Positions 9,091 to 17,381 of a DNA stretch of 64,000 bases are shown piece after piece. Source of the stretch: an uncultured Rhodanobacter sp. (GTDB lineage Bacteria; Pseudomonadota; Gammaproteobacteria; Xanthomonadales; Rhodanobacteraceae); contig CBIHNO010000015.1 of the NCBI GenBank assembly GCA_966211915.1, positions 9,857 to 73,856 on the forward strand. Direction: 5' to 3'. The notes beneath the pieces were generated by a model that was given only the letters and a program-made list of their open reading frames with translations, had not been told where the DNA came from and ran no database searches. Each line of letters begins with the position of its first letter. Position 1 is the stretch's first letter. The position numbers were made by a program, and so were the translations under genes.

Positions 9091-9119
9091 ATGGACCGTC
9101 CAGAAGTTTTCAAAGTTCC
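9091..9119 (-). promoter_or_regulatory. Putative sigmaE (RpoE/AlgU)-type promoter
   Basis: Minus strand reads GGAACTT (9119-9113), N16, GTCCAT (9096-9091), matching the GGAACTT-N16-GTCnnA ECF consensus except the last base. Confidence 0.55.
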
Positions 9120-9155
9120 TGCGCTTCGACGCGAGCAGACTTGGATCGCAGGGTA

Positions 9156-10196
9156 TCAGAGCTGCCCGATCACCAACTGCACCAGCAGGCTGCTCACCGC
9201 CACCGCAATCCACACACCCAGCCCCAGCAGGATCGGCCGCGCGCCGCTGGCGGCCATCTTGCGCAGGTTCGCCGACAGGCCGATCGCGGTGAGCGCCACG
9301 ATGATCAGGAACTCAGCCAAGGTATGGATGGCTGGCTGGATGGCGAGCGGAATCAGGCCGGTGGTGCGCAGCGCCGAGGCGACCAGGAACCACAGGATGA
9401 ACCACGGGAAGATGCTGGCGAGGCTGAAGTGGCCGACGCTGCCGGCCTGTGCCTGCTTGCGTTTTTCGCGGGCGGCGACGACGAAGGCGAGCACCAGGCA
9501 GACCGGGATGATCAGGGTGGCGCGGGTCAGCTTGACGATGGTGGCGTAGTCGCCGGCGGTCTTGCTGAAGCTGTAGCCGGCGGCGACCACCGACGAGGTG
9601 TCGTTGATCGCGGTGCCGGCCCACAGGCCGAAGCCGAGGTCGGATAGATGCATCAGGTGGCCAAGCAACGGGAACAGCAGCACCGCGACCAGGTTGAACA
9701 GGAAGATGGTGGAGATCGCAAACGCGGTGTCATGGTCATCCGGCCGAATGATCGGTGTGACCGCGGCGATCGCCGAGCCGCCGCAAATTGCGGTGCCCAC
9801 GCCGATCAGGATCTTCAGCTTGTCGTGCACGCCGAGCCAGCGGCCGAGCAGCCACGCGGCGAGGAAGGCCACGGTCATTGTCACCAGGGTCACCGACAGC
9901 GATTCGAGGCCGGTCTTGGCGACCTGGTCGAGACTGAGTCCGAAGCCCAGCGCGATGATCGACCACTGCAGTATCTTCTTGCCGGCAAATGCGATGCCTG
10001 GTGTGTAGCGCGCGCCCGGTGACAGCAGGTTGCGCACGACGATGCCAAGCACGATACCGATCACGGGGCCGCCGATCAGCGGCGCCCAATGCCCCAGCAG
10101 CAGGGCGAGCAGGCCGATGCCTAGCGCCAGCAGCAGGCCGGGGACGCGGTCGCGCCATGTGGGGTGAATAAGGGTGGCGATGGACGACGCGGTCAT
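9156..10196 (-). CDS. yeiH: YeiH / UPF0324 family putative sulfate exporter
   Basis: IGVGTAICGGSAIAA, GLWAGTAINDTSSVVA and KLTRATLI motifs, multi-pass membrane protein. Confidence 0.9.
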   Translation of the reverse strand: MTASSIATLIHPTWRDRVPGLLLALGIGLLALLLGHWAPLIGGPVIGIVLGIVVRNLLSPGARYTPGIAFAGKKILQWSIIALGFGLSLDQVAKTGLESLSVTLVTMTVAFLAAWLLGRWLGVHDKLKILIGVGTAICGGSAIAAVTPIIRPDDHDTAFAISTIFLFNLVAVLLFPLLGHLMHLSDLGFGLWAGTAINDTSSVVAAGYSFSKTAGDYATIVKLTRATLIIPVCLVLAFVVAAREKRKQAQAGSVGHFSLASIFPWFILWFLVASALRTTGLIPLAIQPAIHTLAEFLIIVALTAIGLSANLRKMAASGARPILLGLGVWIAVAVSSLLVQLVIGQL

Positions 10197-10283
10197 GCAT
10201 GGGCTCCGGCAATGTCGCCATTGTCCGCTTGCGCATCAATCAGTAAAACTTGGAATATATGATCGGATGTATAAAATAGCTTG

Positions 10284-11195
10284 ATGATCAATATCAGCCC
10301 GCGCCAGCTCGATGTGTTCGTGCAGATTGCGCTGCACGGCAGTGTGCGCGTCGCCGCCGAACGGCTGCACCTGACCCAGCCGGCCGCCAGCATGGCGCTG
10401 GCGGAGATGGAACGGCAGCTGGATGCGCCGGTGTTTGCACGCGAGCGCGGCCGCCTGCGCCTGAATGCGCGCGGTCGCGAACTGCTGCCGCTGGCGCAGG
10501 AGCTGCTGGAGCGGCATGCCGAGTTCGGCCGGCGCGGCAGCGAAGACGGTGCGGCACTGAGTGGCGAGCTGCGCATCGGCGCCAGCAACACGGTCGGCAA
10601 TTATCGTGTCGGCGAACTGCTCGGCGCGTTCGTGCGGGCACATCCTCAGGTGGCGATCCGTCTGCGCGTGGCGAATACCGAAGCGATTGCCGCCGGCATG
10701 CTCGACCACAGCCTGGATATCGGTTGCGTCGAAGGGCCTGTAACGCACCCTCTGCTGGAAGTGCGGCCGTGGCGTGACGACCTGCTGGTGGTATGTGCGC
10801 CACCGGAGCATCCGCTGGCGCGCAAGCGTGGCCTGAAGCCCGCTGATTTCGCCGGCGCGCGCTGGGTGCTGCGCGAACCCGGCTCGGCCACGCGCACCAC
10901 CAGCGAACGCGTGCTGGCGCAATTGCCGCCCGGCGAAACCGTGCTTGAGCTCGACCAGATCGAGGCGATCAAGCAGGCCGTGGTGGCTGGCCTCGGCATC
11001 GCCTGCCTGCCGGCCGTGGCGGTCACTGACGCGTTGGCGACCGGACGGTTGAAGGCACTGAAGACGCCGTTCCTCGACCTGCAGCGCAAACTTTCGCTGC
11101 TGCTGCATCGGCAGAAATATCGCGGCGCCTTGCTGGATGCGTTCCTGGAAGGCACCGATCTCGACAGCGCACACGCCACAAATCGTCGTCGCTGA
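10284..11195 (+). CDS. yeiE: LysR family regulator (YeiE/CysL-like), divergent from yeiH
   Basis: LysR HTH (LHLTQPAASMALAEMERQL) and IGASNTVGNY. The divergent yeiE-yeiH pairing is conserved. Confidence 0.85.
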   Translation: MINISPRQLDVFVQIALHGSVRVAAERLHLTQPAASMALAEMERQLDAPVFARERGRLRLNARGRELLPLAQELLERHAEFGRRGSEDGAALSGELRIGASNTVGNYRVGELLGAFVRAHPQVAIRLRVANTEAIAAGMLDHSLDIGCVEGPVTHPLLEVRPWRDDLLVVCAPPEHPLARKRGLKPADFAGARWVLREPGSATRTTSERVLAQLPPGETVLELDQIEAIKQAVVAGLGIACLPAVAVTDALATGRLKALKTPFLDLQRKLSLLLHRQKYRGALLDAFLEGTDLDSAHATNRRR

Positions 11196-11210
11196 GCTAA
11201 TGGTCAGCAG

Positions 11211-11228
11211 CAGGCCATCCATGGCCTG
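11211..11228. repeat. Palindrome CAGGCCAT-CC-ATGGCCTG between convergent genes
   Basis: Perfect 8-bp arms with a 2-nt loop. Related motifs occur at 18972-18991 and 23055-23070. Confidence 0.6.
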
Positions 11229-11238
11229 TGCGTCGGGA

Positions 11239-12042
11239 CTATTCCTTCATCGCCACGAACGACATGCTCGATCCGTGCAGCTTGTCCTCGACCGCGATGC
11301 TCATGCTCTTGCCGTCTGCCGCGACAGTCATTTTCGCAACGCTGATCACCTTGCCGTCGCGCTTGTCGGTTTCCTGCAGGGTGTTCTTGCCGAGCTGCTT
11401 CACCGAGACGCTGGTGGTGCCCGGGTCACCCATGTACGGCGCTTCCGTGCCATCCAGCTTCGCGCTGTAGGACTGCCCGGTCGGGCTGCTCATGTGCAGG
11501 CTGTCGCCTTCCACCTTGTAGGTCATCGTCAGCCCGTTGTCGGAGACGTTGTTGACCGTCGTCGTCCGCCAGGAGCCGGAAATGGCATGCGATCCGGCCG
11601 GGCCTTTCGCCACGCGCGTCATGGTGCCGTTGCCGGTTACCGGTTCGGCATTGCTGTTGCTGCTGTCGGTGAACTCGAAGCTGGCGGTCTTGCCGTCGGC
11701 GGCAACCGTAGTGGTCGAGGTCGAGACGACCTTGCCGGCTTTCTTCTCGGTTTCCTGGACGGTGTGATCGTCGACGACCTTGATGGCGATCATGTCGAAA
11801 TACGGATGACCGGTGACTTTCTGATCCTCGCCGTCGGCCTTGACGCTGATCGCCGGGGCGCAGGTCTTGCACTGGTACATGTCGTTCTGCAGCAGGATGA
11901 CGTCAGGCTTCTTCGGCATCTGCACTCGATGCAGATCGATCTTCCAGGTGCCGTCGAAGGCGCTCTGCGCCATGGCGAGCGAGGGAATCAGGCATACCCC
12001 CAGCAACCCGCCCAGCAGTCCAGCGAAAAGTAGCTTTTTCAT
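11239..12042 (-). CDS. Secreted hypothetical protein with two tandem beta-rich domains
   Basis: Signal peptide ending AMA-Q. Internal duplication QETEKKAGKVVSTSTTTVAADGKT / QETDKRDGKVISVAKMTVAADGKS. Confidence 0.75.
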   Translation of the reverse strand: MKKLLFAGLLGGLLGVCLIPSLAMAQSAFDGTWKIDLHRVQMPKKPDVILLQNDMYQCKTCAPAISVKADGEDQKVTGHPYFDMIAIKVVDDHTVQETEKKAGKVVSTSTTTVAADGKTASFEFTDSSNSNAEPVTGNGTMTRVAKGPAGSHAISGSWRTTTVNNVSDNGLTMTYKVEGDSLHMSSPTGQSYSAKLDGTEAPYMGDPGTTSVSVKQLGKNTLQETDKRDGKVISVAKMTVAADGKSMSIAVEDKLHGSSMSFVAMKE

Positions 12043-12281
12043 GGTTGACACTCCCCATAGCCGTTGAACGGTTTCATGAGATATACGGAGTTGTCGTGCT
12101 GAAGTCCCGGGCGGTCTGAACGTGCACGCCACTGCTTTCCCCCGACCGATGAGAATGCGCCGGGATATGTAAAGCGCACCGAAATAATTCGTGACAATGG
12201 AAGGTGGCTGGGGGAGTGATCTGTCGCCTCGCGGTGGGCTGCGAATGGGTTTCCCTTGTACCTGTGGCGGGGACTTAAGCT

Positions 12282-14027
12282 TTAGCCCGGCACCGCCGCG
12301 CCCACGATCCGGTTCAACAGCGCTTCGGCCTGTTCGTGGGTATGCGCACGCAGCAACTGCGCGGCGTGCCGGCGCAGGTCGGCGTGGTCGAGTGTGGCGA
12401 GGCGGTCGCGCACATGCAGGATCTGACTCGGGTGCATGCTGAATTCGCACAGGCCGAGCATCAGCAGCAACGCGGTGAAGTTCACGTCGCCGGCGATCTC
12501 CCCGCACAGGCTCACCGGCTTCTTCGCGCGCCGGCCGGCGCTGATCACGTGCGAGAGCAACCGCAGCAGCGCCGGCTGCAGCGGGTTGTAGATGTTTTCC
12601 AGCGCGTCGTTGCCGCGGTCAGCGGCGAGCACGTACTGGGCCAGGTCGTTGGTGCCGATGGCGAGGAAGTCGGAATATTCGAGCAGTGCGCGCACGTTGA
12701 TCGCGGCCGCCGGCACTTCGATCATCGCGCCCAGCGGCAGCTTCTCCGGCAGGTCGATGTTCTCGCGTTTCAGGTCCTGCCGCGCCAGCTTGAACAGCGT
12801 GCGCACCGCGATCATCTCGTCCGGCTGGGTCACCATCGGTACCAGCACACGCACCGGGCCGTAGCAGGCAGCGCGCAGGATCGCGCGGATCTGGGTGGTG
12901 AACACCGCGGGGTAGCGCAGCGACAGGCGCACGCCGCGCACACCGAGCGCCGGGTTGTCCTCGCCGCGCAGCGACAGTCCGGCGGCGTCGGCCTTGTCGG
13001 CGCCCAGGTCCAGCGTGCGGATGGTCACCGGCAGGCCGCCCATGCCCATCACCAGATCGCGATAGGCGATGAACTGCTCGTCTTCGGACGGCAAGCCCTT
13101 GTGCTTGAGGAACAGGAATTCGGTACGGTACAGACCGACGCCGTCGGCGCCACGGGCGCGCGCCATCGCCACGTCGGCCGCGGTCTCGGCGTTCGCCAGC
13201 AGGCCGATCTCGATGCCGTCACGGGTGCGCGTGGGTGCGTTCGCCAGCTTGGCCAGACGGCGGCCTTCGATCGCCGCCTCGCGTTGCCAGGCGCGATAAC
13301 GCGACAGATCCTGCGCGGCGGGATGCACGATTGCCTCGCCGCGCTCGGCATCGAGCAGGATCAGGTCGTCGTCGTGGATGTTCGACAGTGCATCGCGGGT
13401 ACCGACCAGCATCGGCAGGCCCAAGCTGCGTGCCAGGATCGCGCTGTGCGAATACGCGCTGCCGGAACTGGCGACCACGCCGAGCAGACCGTTGCCGGCC
13501 AGCTGGGCCATGTCGCCCGGTGCGATGTTGTCGGCGATCAGGATCTCGCCCACGCGCGCGGCCAATTTGCGTTCCTCCGGGCTGGTCTGCCGCTGCAGCG
13601 CGGAGATCACCCGGTTGATCACCTGCTCGACGTCCTCCTTGCGGCTGCGCAGGTACGGATCGTCCATCGCCTCGAACACGGCGGACAATCGATCGCGCTG
13701 TTTTTTCAATGCCGCGCCGGGTCGGTAATGGCCGATCCGCACCAGGTCGTCGAGTCCGCGCAGCAATTCGGCGTCGTCCAGCAGCAGGCTGTGCGCGTCG
13801 ATGAATTCGTTGACCTCGCGTGCCAATGCGCCGTGCAGCTTGCCGCGCAGCTCGCGCAACTCCTGCCGCGCGGTATCCAGGGCGCGATGCAGCAGCAGCA
13901 ACTCGCCCTCGATCTCCTCCTCGGCCAACGGACGCGTGTCCACGATATAGCGACTCGGCTGCACCAGCCGGGCGCGGCCCAGTGCCATGCCATGGGCTGC
14001 AATCGTGCCGGTGAGCAGATGCCTCAT
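12282..14027 (-). CDS. ptsP: Phosphoenolpyruvate-protein phosphotransferase (PTS enzyme I, no GAF domain)
   Basis: Phospho-His motif SHSAILARSLG, GVGLYRTEF, MIEVPAA, IGTNDL and CGE motifs. Confidence 0.95.
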   Translation of the reverse strand: MRHLLTGTIAAHGMALGRARLVQPSRYIVDTRPLAEEEIEGELLLLHRALDTARQELRELRGKLHGALAREVNEFIDAHSLLLDDAELLRGLDDLVRIGHYRPGAALKKQRDRLSAVFEAMDDPYLRSRKEDVEQVINRVISALQRQTSPEERKLAARVGEILIADNIAPGDMAQLAGNGLLGVVASSGSAYSHSAILARSLGLPMLVGTRDALSNIHDDDLILLDAERGEAIVHPAAQDLSRYRAWQREAAIEGRRLAKLANAPTRTRDGIEIGLLANAETAADVAMARARGADGVGLYRTEFLFLKHKGLPSEDEQFIAYRDLVMGMGGLPVTIRTLDLGADKADAAGLSLRGEDNPALGVRGVRLSLRYPAVFTTQIRAILRAACYGPVRVLVPMVTQPDEMIAVRTLFKLARQDLKRENIDLPEKLPLGAMIEVPAAAINVRALLEYSDFLAIGTNDLAQYVLAADRGNDALENIYNPLQPALLRLLSHVISAGRRAKKPVSLCGEIAGDVNFTALLLMLGLCEFSMHPSQILHVRDRLATLDHADLRRHAAQLLRAHTHEQAEALLNRIVGAAVPG

Positions 14028-14047
14028 GGGTGGCTCCTGGCTGAGCC

Positions 14048-14180
14048 GGGACTGGGAAACGGGGAACAGGGAACATATGCACCCTGGAGGGCTACCAGGA
14101 CGAGGCACGAAGGGACCACGAGCGACGCACTTGCGCAGCCCCGCATATTCCCCGTTCCCCGTTTTCCGCTCCCCGCTCTC
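14048..14180. repeat. Inverted heptamer arrays (GGGAAC[A/G]-like, 4 and 5 copies) flanking a 70-bp spacer
   Basis: Plus strand GGGACTG GGAAACG GGGAACA GGGAACA at 14048-14075, and TATTCCC CGTTCCC CGTTTTC CGCTCCC CGCTCTC at 14146-14180. Confidence 0.8.
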
Positions 14181-14183
14181 ATT

Positions 14184-14453
14184 TCATGCTCCTTCGTCGA
14201 ACTTGCGCTCGAACAGTGCGGCCACTGCGGTCAGCGCAGCTTCCTCGTCCGGACCCTCGGCGCGGATGGTCACCGGGCTGCCGAGGCCGGCGGCCAGCAT
14301 CATCACGCCCATGATGCTTTGCGCGTTGACCTCGCGGCCCCTGCTGACCAGCCACACGGTGGATTTGAAACCCTGCACCAGTTGCACCAGTTTGGCCGAG
14401 GCGCGGGCATGCAGCCCCAGCCGGTTGGAAATGACAATCTCTTGCTCAAGCAT
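14184..14453 (-). CDS. ptsH: PTS phosphocarrier HPr
   Basis: GLHARASAKLV (His15) and NAQSIMGVMML (Ser46) motifs, 89 aa. Confidence 0.95.
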   Translation of the reverse strand: MLEQEIVISNRLGLHARASAKLVQLVQGFKSTVWLVSRGREVNAQSIMGVMMLAAGLGSPVTIRAEGPDEEAALTAVAALFERKFDEGA

Positions 14454-14464
14454 ATTTATTGAGG

Positions 14465-14857
14465 TCAGGCATGATCGATGAAGATTCCTCCGCGGCCACC
14501 GCTGGCCGCGATCTCGGCCAGTTCGTCCAGTGGTTTTTCCGCATAGTTGAGTACGCGCAGCAGCATCGGCAGATTGAGACCGGAGACGCAGCGCAGATGC
14601 ACGCCGAGCGCGCTGAGCGACAGCCCGATATTGCATGGCGTCGCGCCGTACAGGTCGGCCAGAATCAGCACGCCGTCGCCCTGATCGAGTTCACGCGCGT
14701 GATGGGCGGTGAGCGTGCGCATCACGTCCGGGTCGGACTCCGGCGGTACTTCCACCGCCGCCACCCGCAACGGCAGCTTCGGCATCACGTGATGCGCGGC
14801 GGAGATCAGCGCCTTGCCGACCGCCTCGTGGGTCATCAGCAGCACGCCGACGCTCAT
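14465..14857 (-). CDS. PTS EIIA component, mannose/fructose family
   Basis: LLMTHE, LILADLYGATPCN and SGLNLPMLL motifs of EIIA-Man. Confidence 0.9.
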   Translation of the reverse strand: MSVGVLLMTHEAVGKALISAAHHVMPKLPLRVAAVEVPPESDPDVMRTLTAHHARELDQGDGVLILADLYGATPCNIGLSLSALGVHLRCVSGLNLPMLLRVLNYAEKPLDELAEIAASGGRGGIFIDHA

Positions 14858-14894
14858 GTGCGGTGGCCGCGGGTGTCTGCGAGATGCATGTTCA

Positions 14895-15803
14895 TCATTC
14901 GAGCTCGCGATGGAAAGTGAGCACGCCTTCGCGACGATCGCGATAGTAGGCGGCGAGCTTCTCGACCAGATAGACCGAGCGATGTCGGCCGCCGGTGCAG
15001 CCGATCGAGATCGTCACGTAGCTGCGGTCGTCCTGTTCGAAGCGCGGCAGCCACGCATCCAGCCAGCACGCGGTGTCGGTGAAGTATTCGCCAACCAGAG
15101 GTTCCGCGTCGAGGAACTCGCGGACCGCCGCGTCCTTGCCCGACAGCGGGCGCAGATGCGCCTGCCAGTGCGGATTCGGCAGGCAGCGCGCGTCGAATAC
15201 GAAATCCGCGTCCAGCGGCAGCCCGCGACGGAACGCGAACGACTGGAACATCAAGGTCAGCCCTTCGGTGGCCTGCGCGTAGCCGGTGGCGACCAGCCGA
15301 CGCAATTGATGCACGTTGAGCTCGCTGGAATCGATCACTTTCTCGGCGATCGCCATCAGCGGACGCAGCAGTTTGCGTTCTTCGACGATCGCATCCGCCA
15401 GCGACACGCCACGGATGGCCAGTGGATGGCGGCGGCGGGTTTCCGAATAGCGCTTGATCAGCACTTCGTCACGGCAATCCAGAAAAATCAGATGCACCTG
15501 CACGCCGGCGGCGGCCAGCCCCGACAGCACGGTCGGCATGTGCGTGAAATCGGTGCCGCGGTTGCGCACGTCCACCCCGACCGCGATGCGTCGCGGCCGG
15601 CCGCGGCGGTCGCCGCTGGTGGCGGCATCGACCAGTTGCGGCAACAACACCGAGGGCAGGTTGTCGACGCAATAGAACTCGAGATCTTCCAGTGCGCGCA
15701 GTGCCACCGTCTTGCCGCCGCCGGACATGCCGGTGAGCACGATCAGGTGGATCTCGTGCGGATCGACCAGCGAATTGAGCTGGAAAGTGTTGTTATCGCT
15801 CAT
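14895..15803 (-). CDS. rapZ: RNase adapter RapZ
   Basis: TGMSGGGKT Walker A, CVDNLP, ISIGCTGGRHRSV. Confidence 0.95.
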   Translation of the reverse strand: MSDNNTFQLNSLVDPHEIHLIVLTGMSGGGKTVALRALEDLEFYCVDNLPSVLLPQLVDAATSGDRRGRPRRIAVGVDVRNRGTDFTHMPTVLSGLAAAGVQVHLIFLDCRDEVLIKRYSETRRRHPLAIRGVSLADAIVEERKLLRPLMAIAEKVIDSSELNVHQLRRLVATGYAQATEGLTLMFQSFAFRRGLPLDADFVFDARCLPNPHWQAHLRPLSGKDAAVREFLDAEPLVGEYFTDTACWLDAWLPRFEQDDRSYVTISIGCTGGRHRSVYLVEKLAAYYRDRREGVLTFHRELE

Positions 15804-15807
15804 GCGT

Positions 15808-16773
15808 TCACCATGGAGGCAGCCGGCGCAGCTGGTGCGCCTGCCGGTCAATGAAGGTCTGTGCCGGATCGATGCCCTTGCTCTTCAGCGCGTGACTGCG
15901 CACAGCGGCCTCGACCAGCACGGCAAGGTTGCGTCCCGGCGCCACCGGGATGGTGATCATCGGCACCGGCACGTCAAAGATCTCGCGATGGCCGATGTCC
16001 CCGGTGAGGCGGGTCAGCGCGTCGCTGCTGTTGTCAGAATTGCCGTCACCGTCACGCATCGGTTTCAGGTGGATCACCAGCCGCAGATACTTGGACGGCT
16101 TGACCGACATATGGCCAAACATCTCGCGCACGTTGAGCACACCCAGGCCGCGCACTTCCAGCAGGTCCTGCAGCAACTCGGGGCAGGTGCCGTCGATCAC
16201 GTCCGGCGCGATCAGGGTGAATTCGGTGGCATCGTCGGCGACCAGTCGATGGCCGCGGCTGATCAGTTCCAGCGCCAGCTCGCTCTTGCCGGAACCGGCT
16301 TCGCCAGTGATCAGCACACCGATCGAGAACACCTCCAGGAACACGCCGTGCAGGGTGGTCTTCGCCGCCAGCATGCGTGCCAGGTGGTACTGCATGTAGG
16401 TCAACAACTCGTGGCCGCGCTTGGGGCTGATCCACAGCGGCGTGTTGGTTTCCTCGGCGACCTCGCGCAGGTCGGCGGGCACCGATTGATCCTTGGTCAC
16501 GATCAGCGCCAGCGGCTGGTAGGCGGCGATCTTGTGCATCACTTCCCAGCGCTGGCGTGAATCCAGTCCGTCGAGGAAGTTCAGCTCCTCGGTGCCGATG
16601 ATCTGGATCTTGTTCGGATAGATGACGTTGAGGTAACCGATCAGCGACGGCCGGCGCGATTGCGCGGTAGCGGGTTCGATCACCCGCGATTCCCCGCGCA
16701 TGCCGGATATCCAGCGCAGGGCCATGCGTTCGTGGACGCCGTCGTAGAGTTGTCGTGCGCTGATCCGGTCCAA
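15808..16773 (-). CDS. hprK: HPr kinase/phosphorylase
   Basis: [42 protein letters not shown] start at 16773 with AAGGA upstream. Confidence 0.95.
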   Translation of the reverse strand: MDRISARQLYDGVHERMALRWISGMRGESRVIEPATAQSRRPSLIGYLNVIYPNKIQIIGTEELNFLDGLDSRQRWEVMHKIAAYQPLALIVTKDQSVPADLREVAEETNTPLWISPKRGHELLTYMQYHLARMLAAKTTLHGVFLEVFSIGVLITGEAGSGKSELALELISRGHRLVADDATEFTLIAPDVIDGTCPELLQDLLEVRGLGVLNVREMFGHMSVKPSKYLRLVIHLKPMRDGDGNSDNSSDALTRLTGDIGHREIFDVPVPMITIPVAPGRNLAVLVEAAVRSHALKSKGIDPAQTFIDRQAHQLRRLPPW

Positions 16774-16861
16774 GCAGAGATCCTTTGCACCGCCGGGTGG
16801 GCTTTGGCGATGACACCGGCATTGTGCCAGCTTGGACGGACACACGTGTTCAGAAACGAGA

Positions 16862-16888
16862 ACGGCCCGCCTGGATCGGGCGGGCCGT
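16862..16888 (-). terminator. Hairpin downstream of hpf
   Basis: ACGGCCCGCC-N7-GGCGGGCCGT perfect 10-bp stem, followed on the minus strand by TCTCGTTTC. Confidence 0.6.
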
Positions 16889-16908
16889 GAATGGCAGCGC
16901 AGCTGGAA

Positions 16909-17232
16909 TCAGCCGTACTGGCGTGCCTCGCGCGCTTCCTGCTGGTGCTTGTCGCTGACCTTTTCGCGATGCTTGCGCAACTGGTTGACCAGCTTGTCGA
17001 ACAGCACATCGATGGAGGCGTACATGTCGGCTTCGGTGGCCTCGGCATGCAAGGTGGCGCCGATCACGCCCAACGTACCCTCGGCGCGTTGCTGGAGCTT
17101 GTCGACCGACAGCACGATCGCAAGACTGATCAGTTTTTCATCGAGGCGGGTGAGGCGGTCGAGCTTGGCGGTGGCGTGGTCGCGCAGGGCCGGGGTGACT
17201 TCAATCTGCTGGCCGCTGAGTTGGAATTGCAT
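16909..17232 (-). CDS. hpf: Ribosome hibernation promoting factor (RaiA/HPF)
   Basis: SGQQIEVTPALRDH and DMYASIDVLFDKLVNQLRKHREK. Lies downstream of rpoN. Confidence 0.9.
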   Translation of the reverse strand: MQFQLSGQQIEVTPALRDHATAKLDRLTRLDEKLISLAIVLSVDKLQQRAEGTLGVIGATLHAEATEADMYASIDVLFDKLVNQLRKHREKVSDKHQQEAREARQYG

Positions 17233-17381
17233 GGGGCGCCTCCTCTGGTGGTGCAGTGCCGCTTTTCGCGGCGGATGGACGTACCGTAGCCGGTGCGGCG
17301 GCGGTACATCGTCAATCATCTCTACCAAGGTATGGGAACGTTTTTGGGATAACCAAGTTCCCGCGCATGTTCCGTCGCAGG

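Noticed and set aside
12043-12281. Possible tRNA or ncRNA in the 239-bp intergenic region
   Set aside because: No cloverleaf, T-loop GTTC or CCA end on either strand, and no recognisable riboswitch.
12336-14462. 708-aa plus-strand ORF
   Set aside because: Antisense shadow of ptsP/ptsH with no recognisable motifs. Long shadow ORFs are expected in high-GC DNA.
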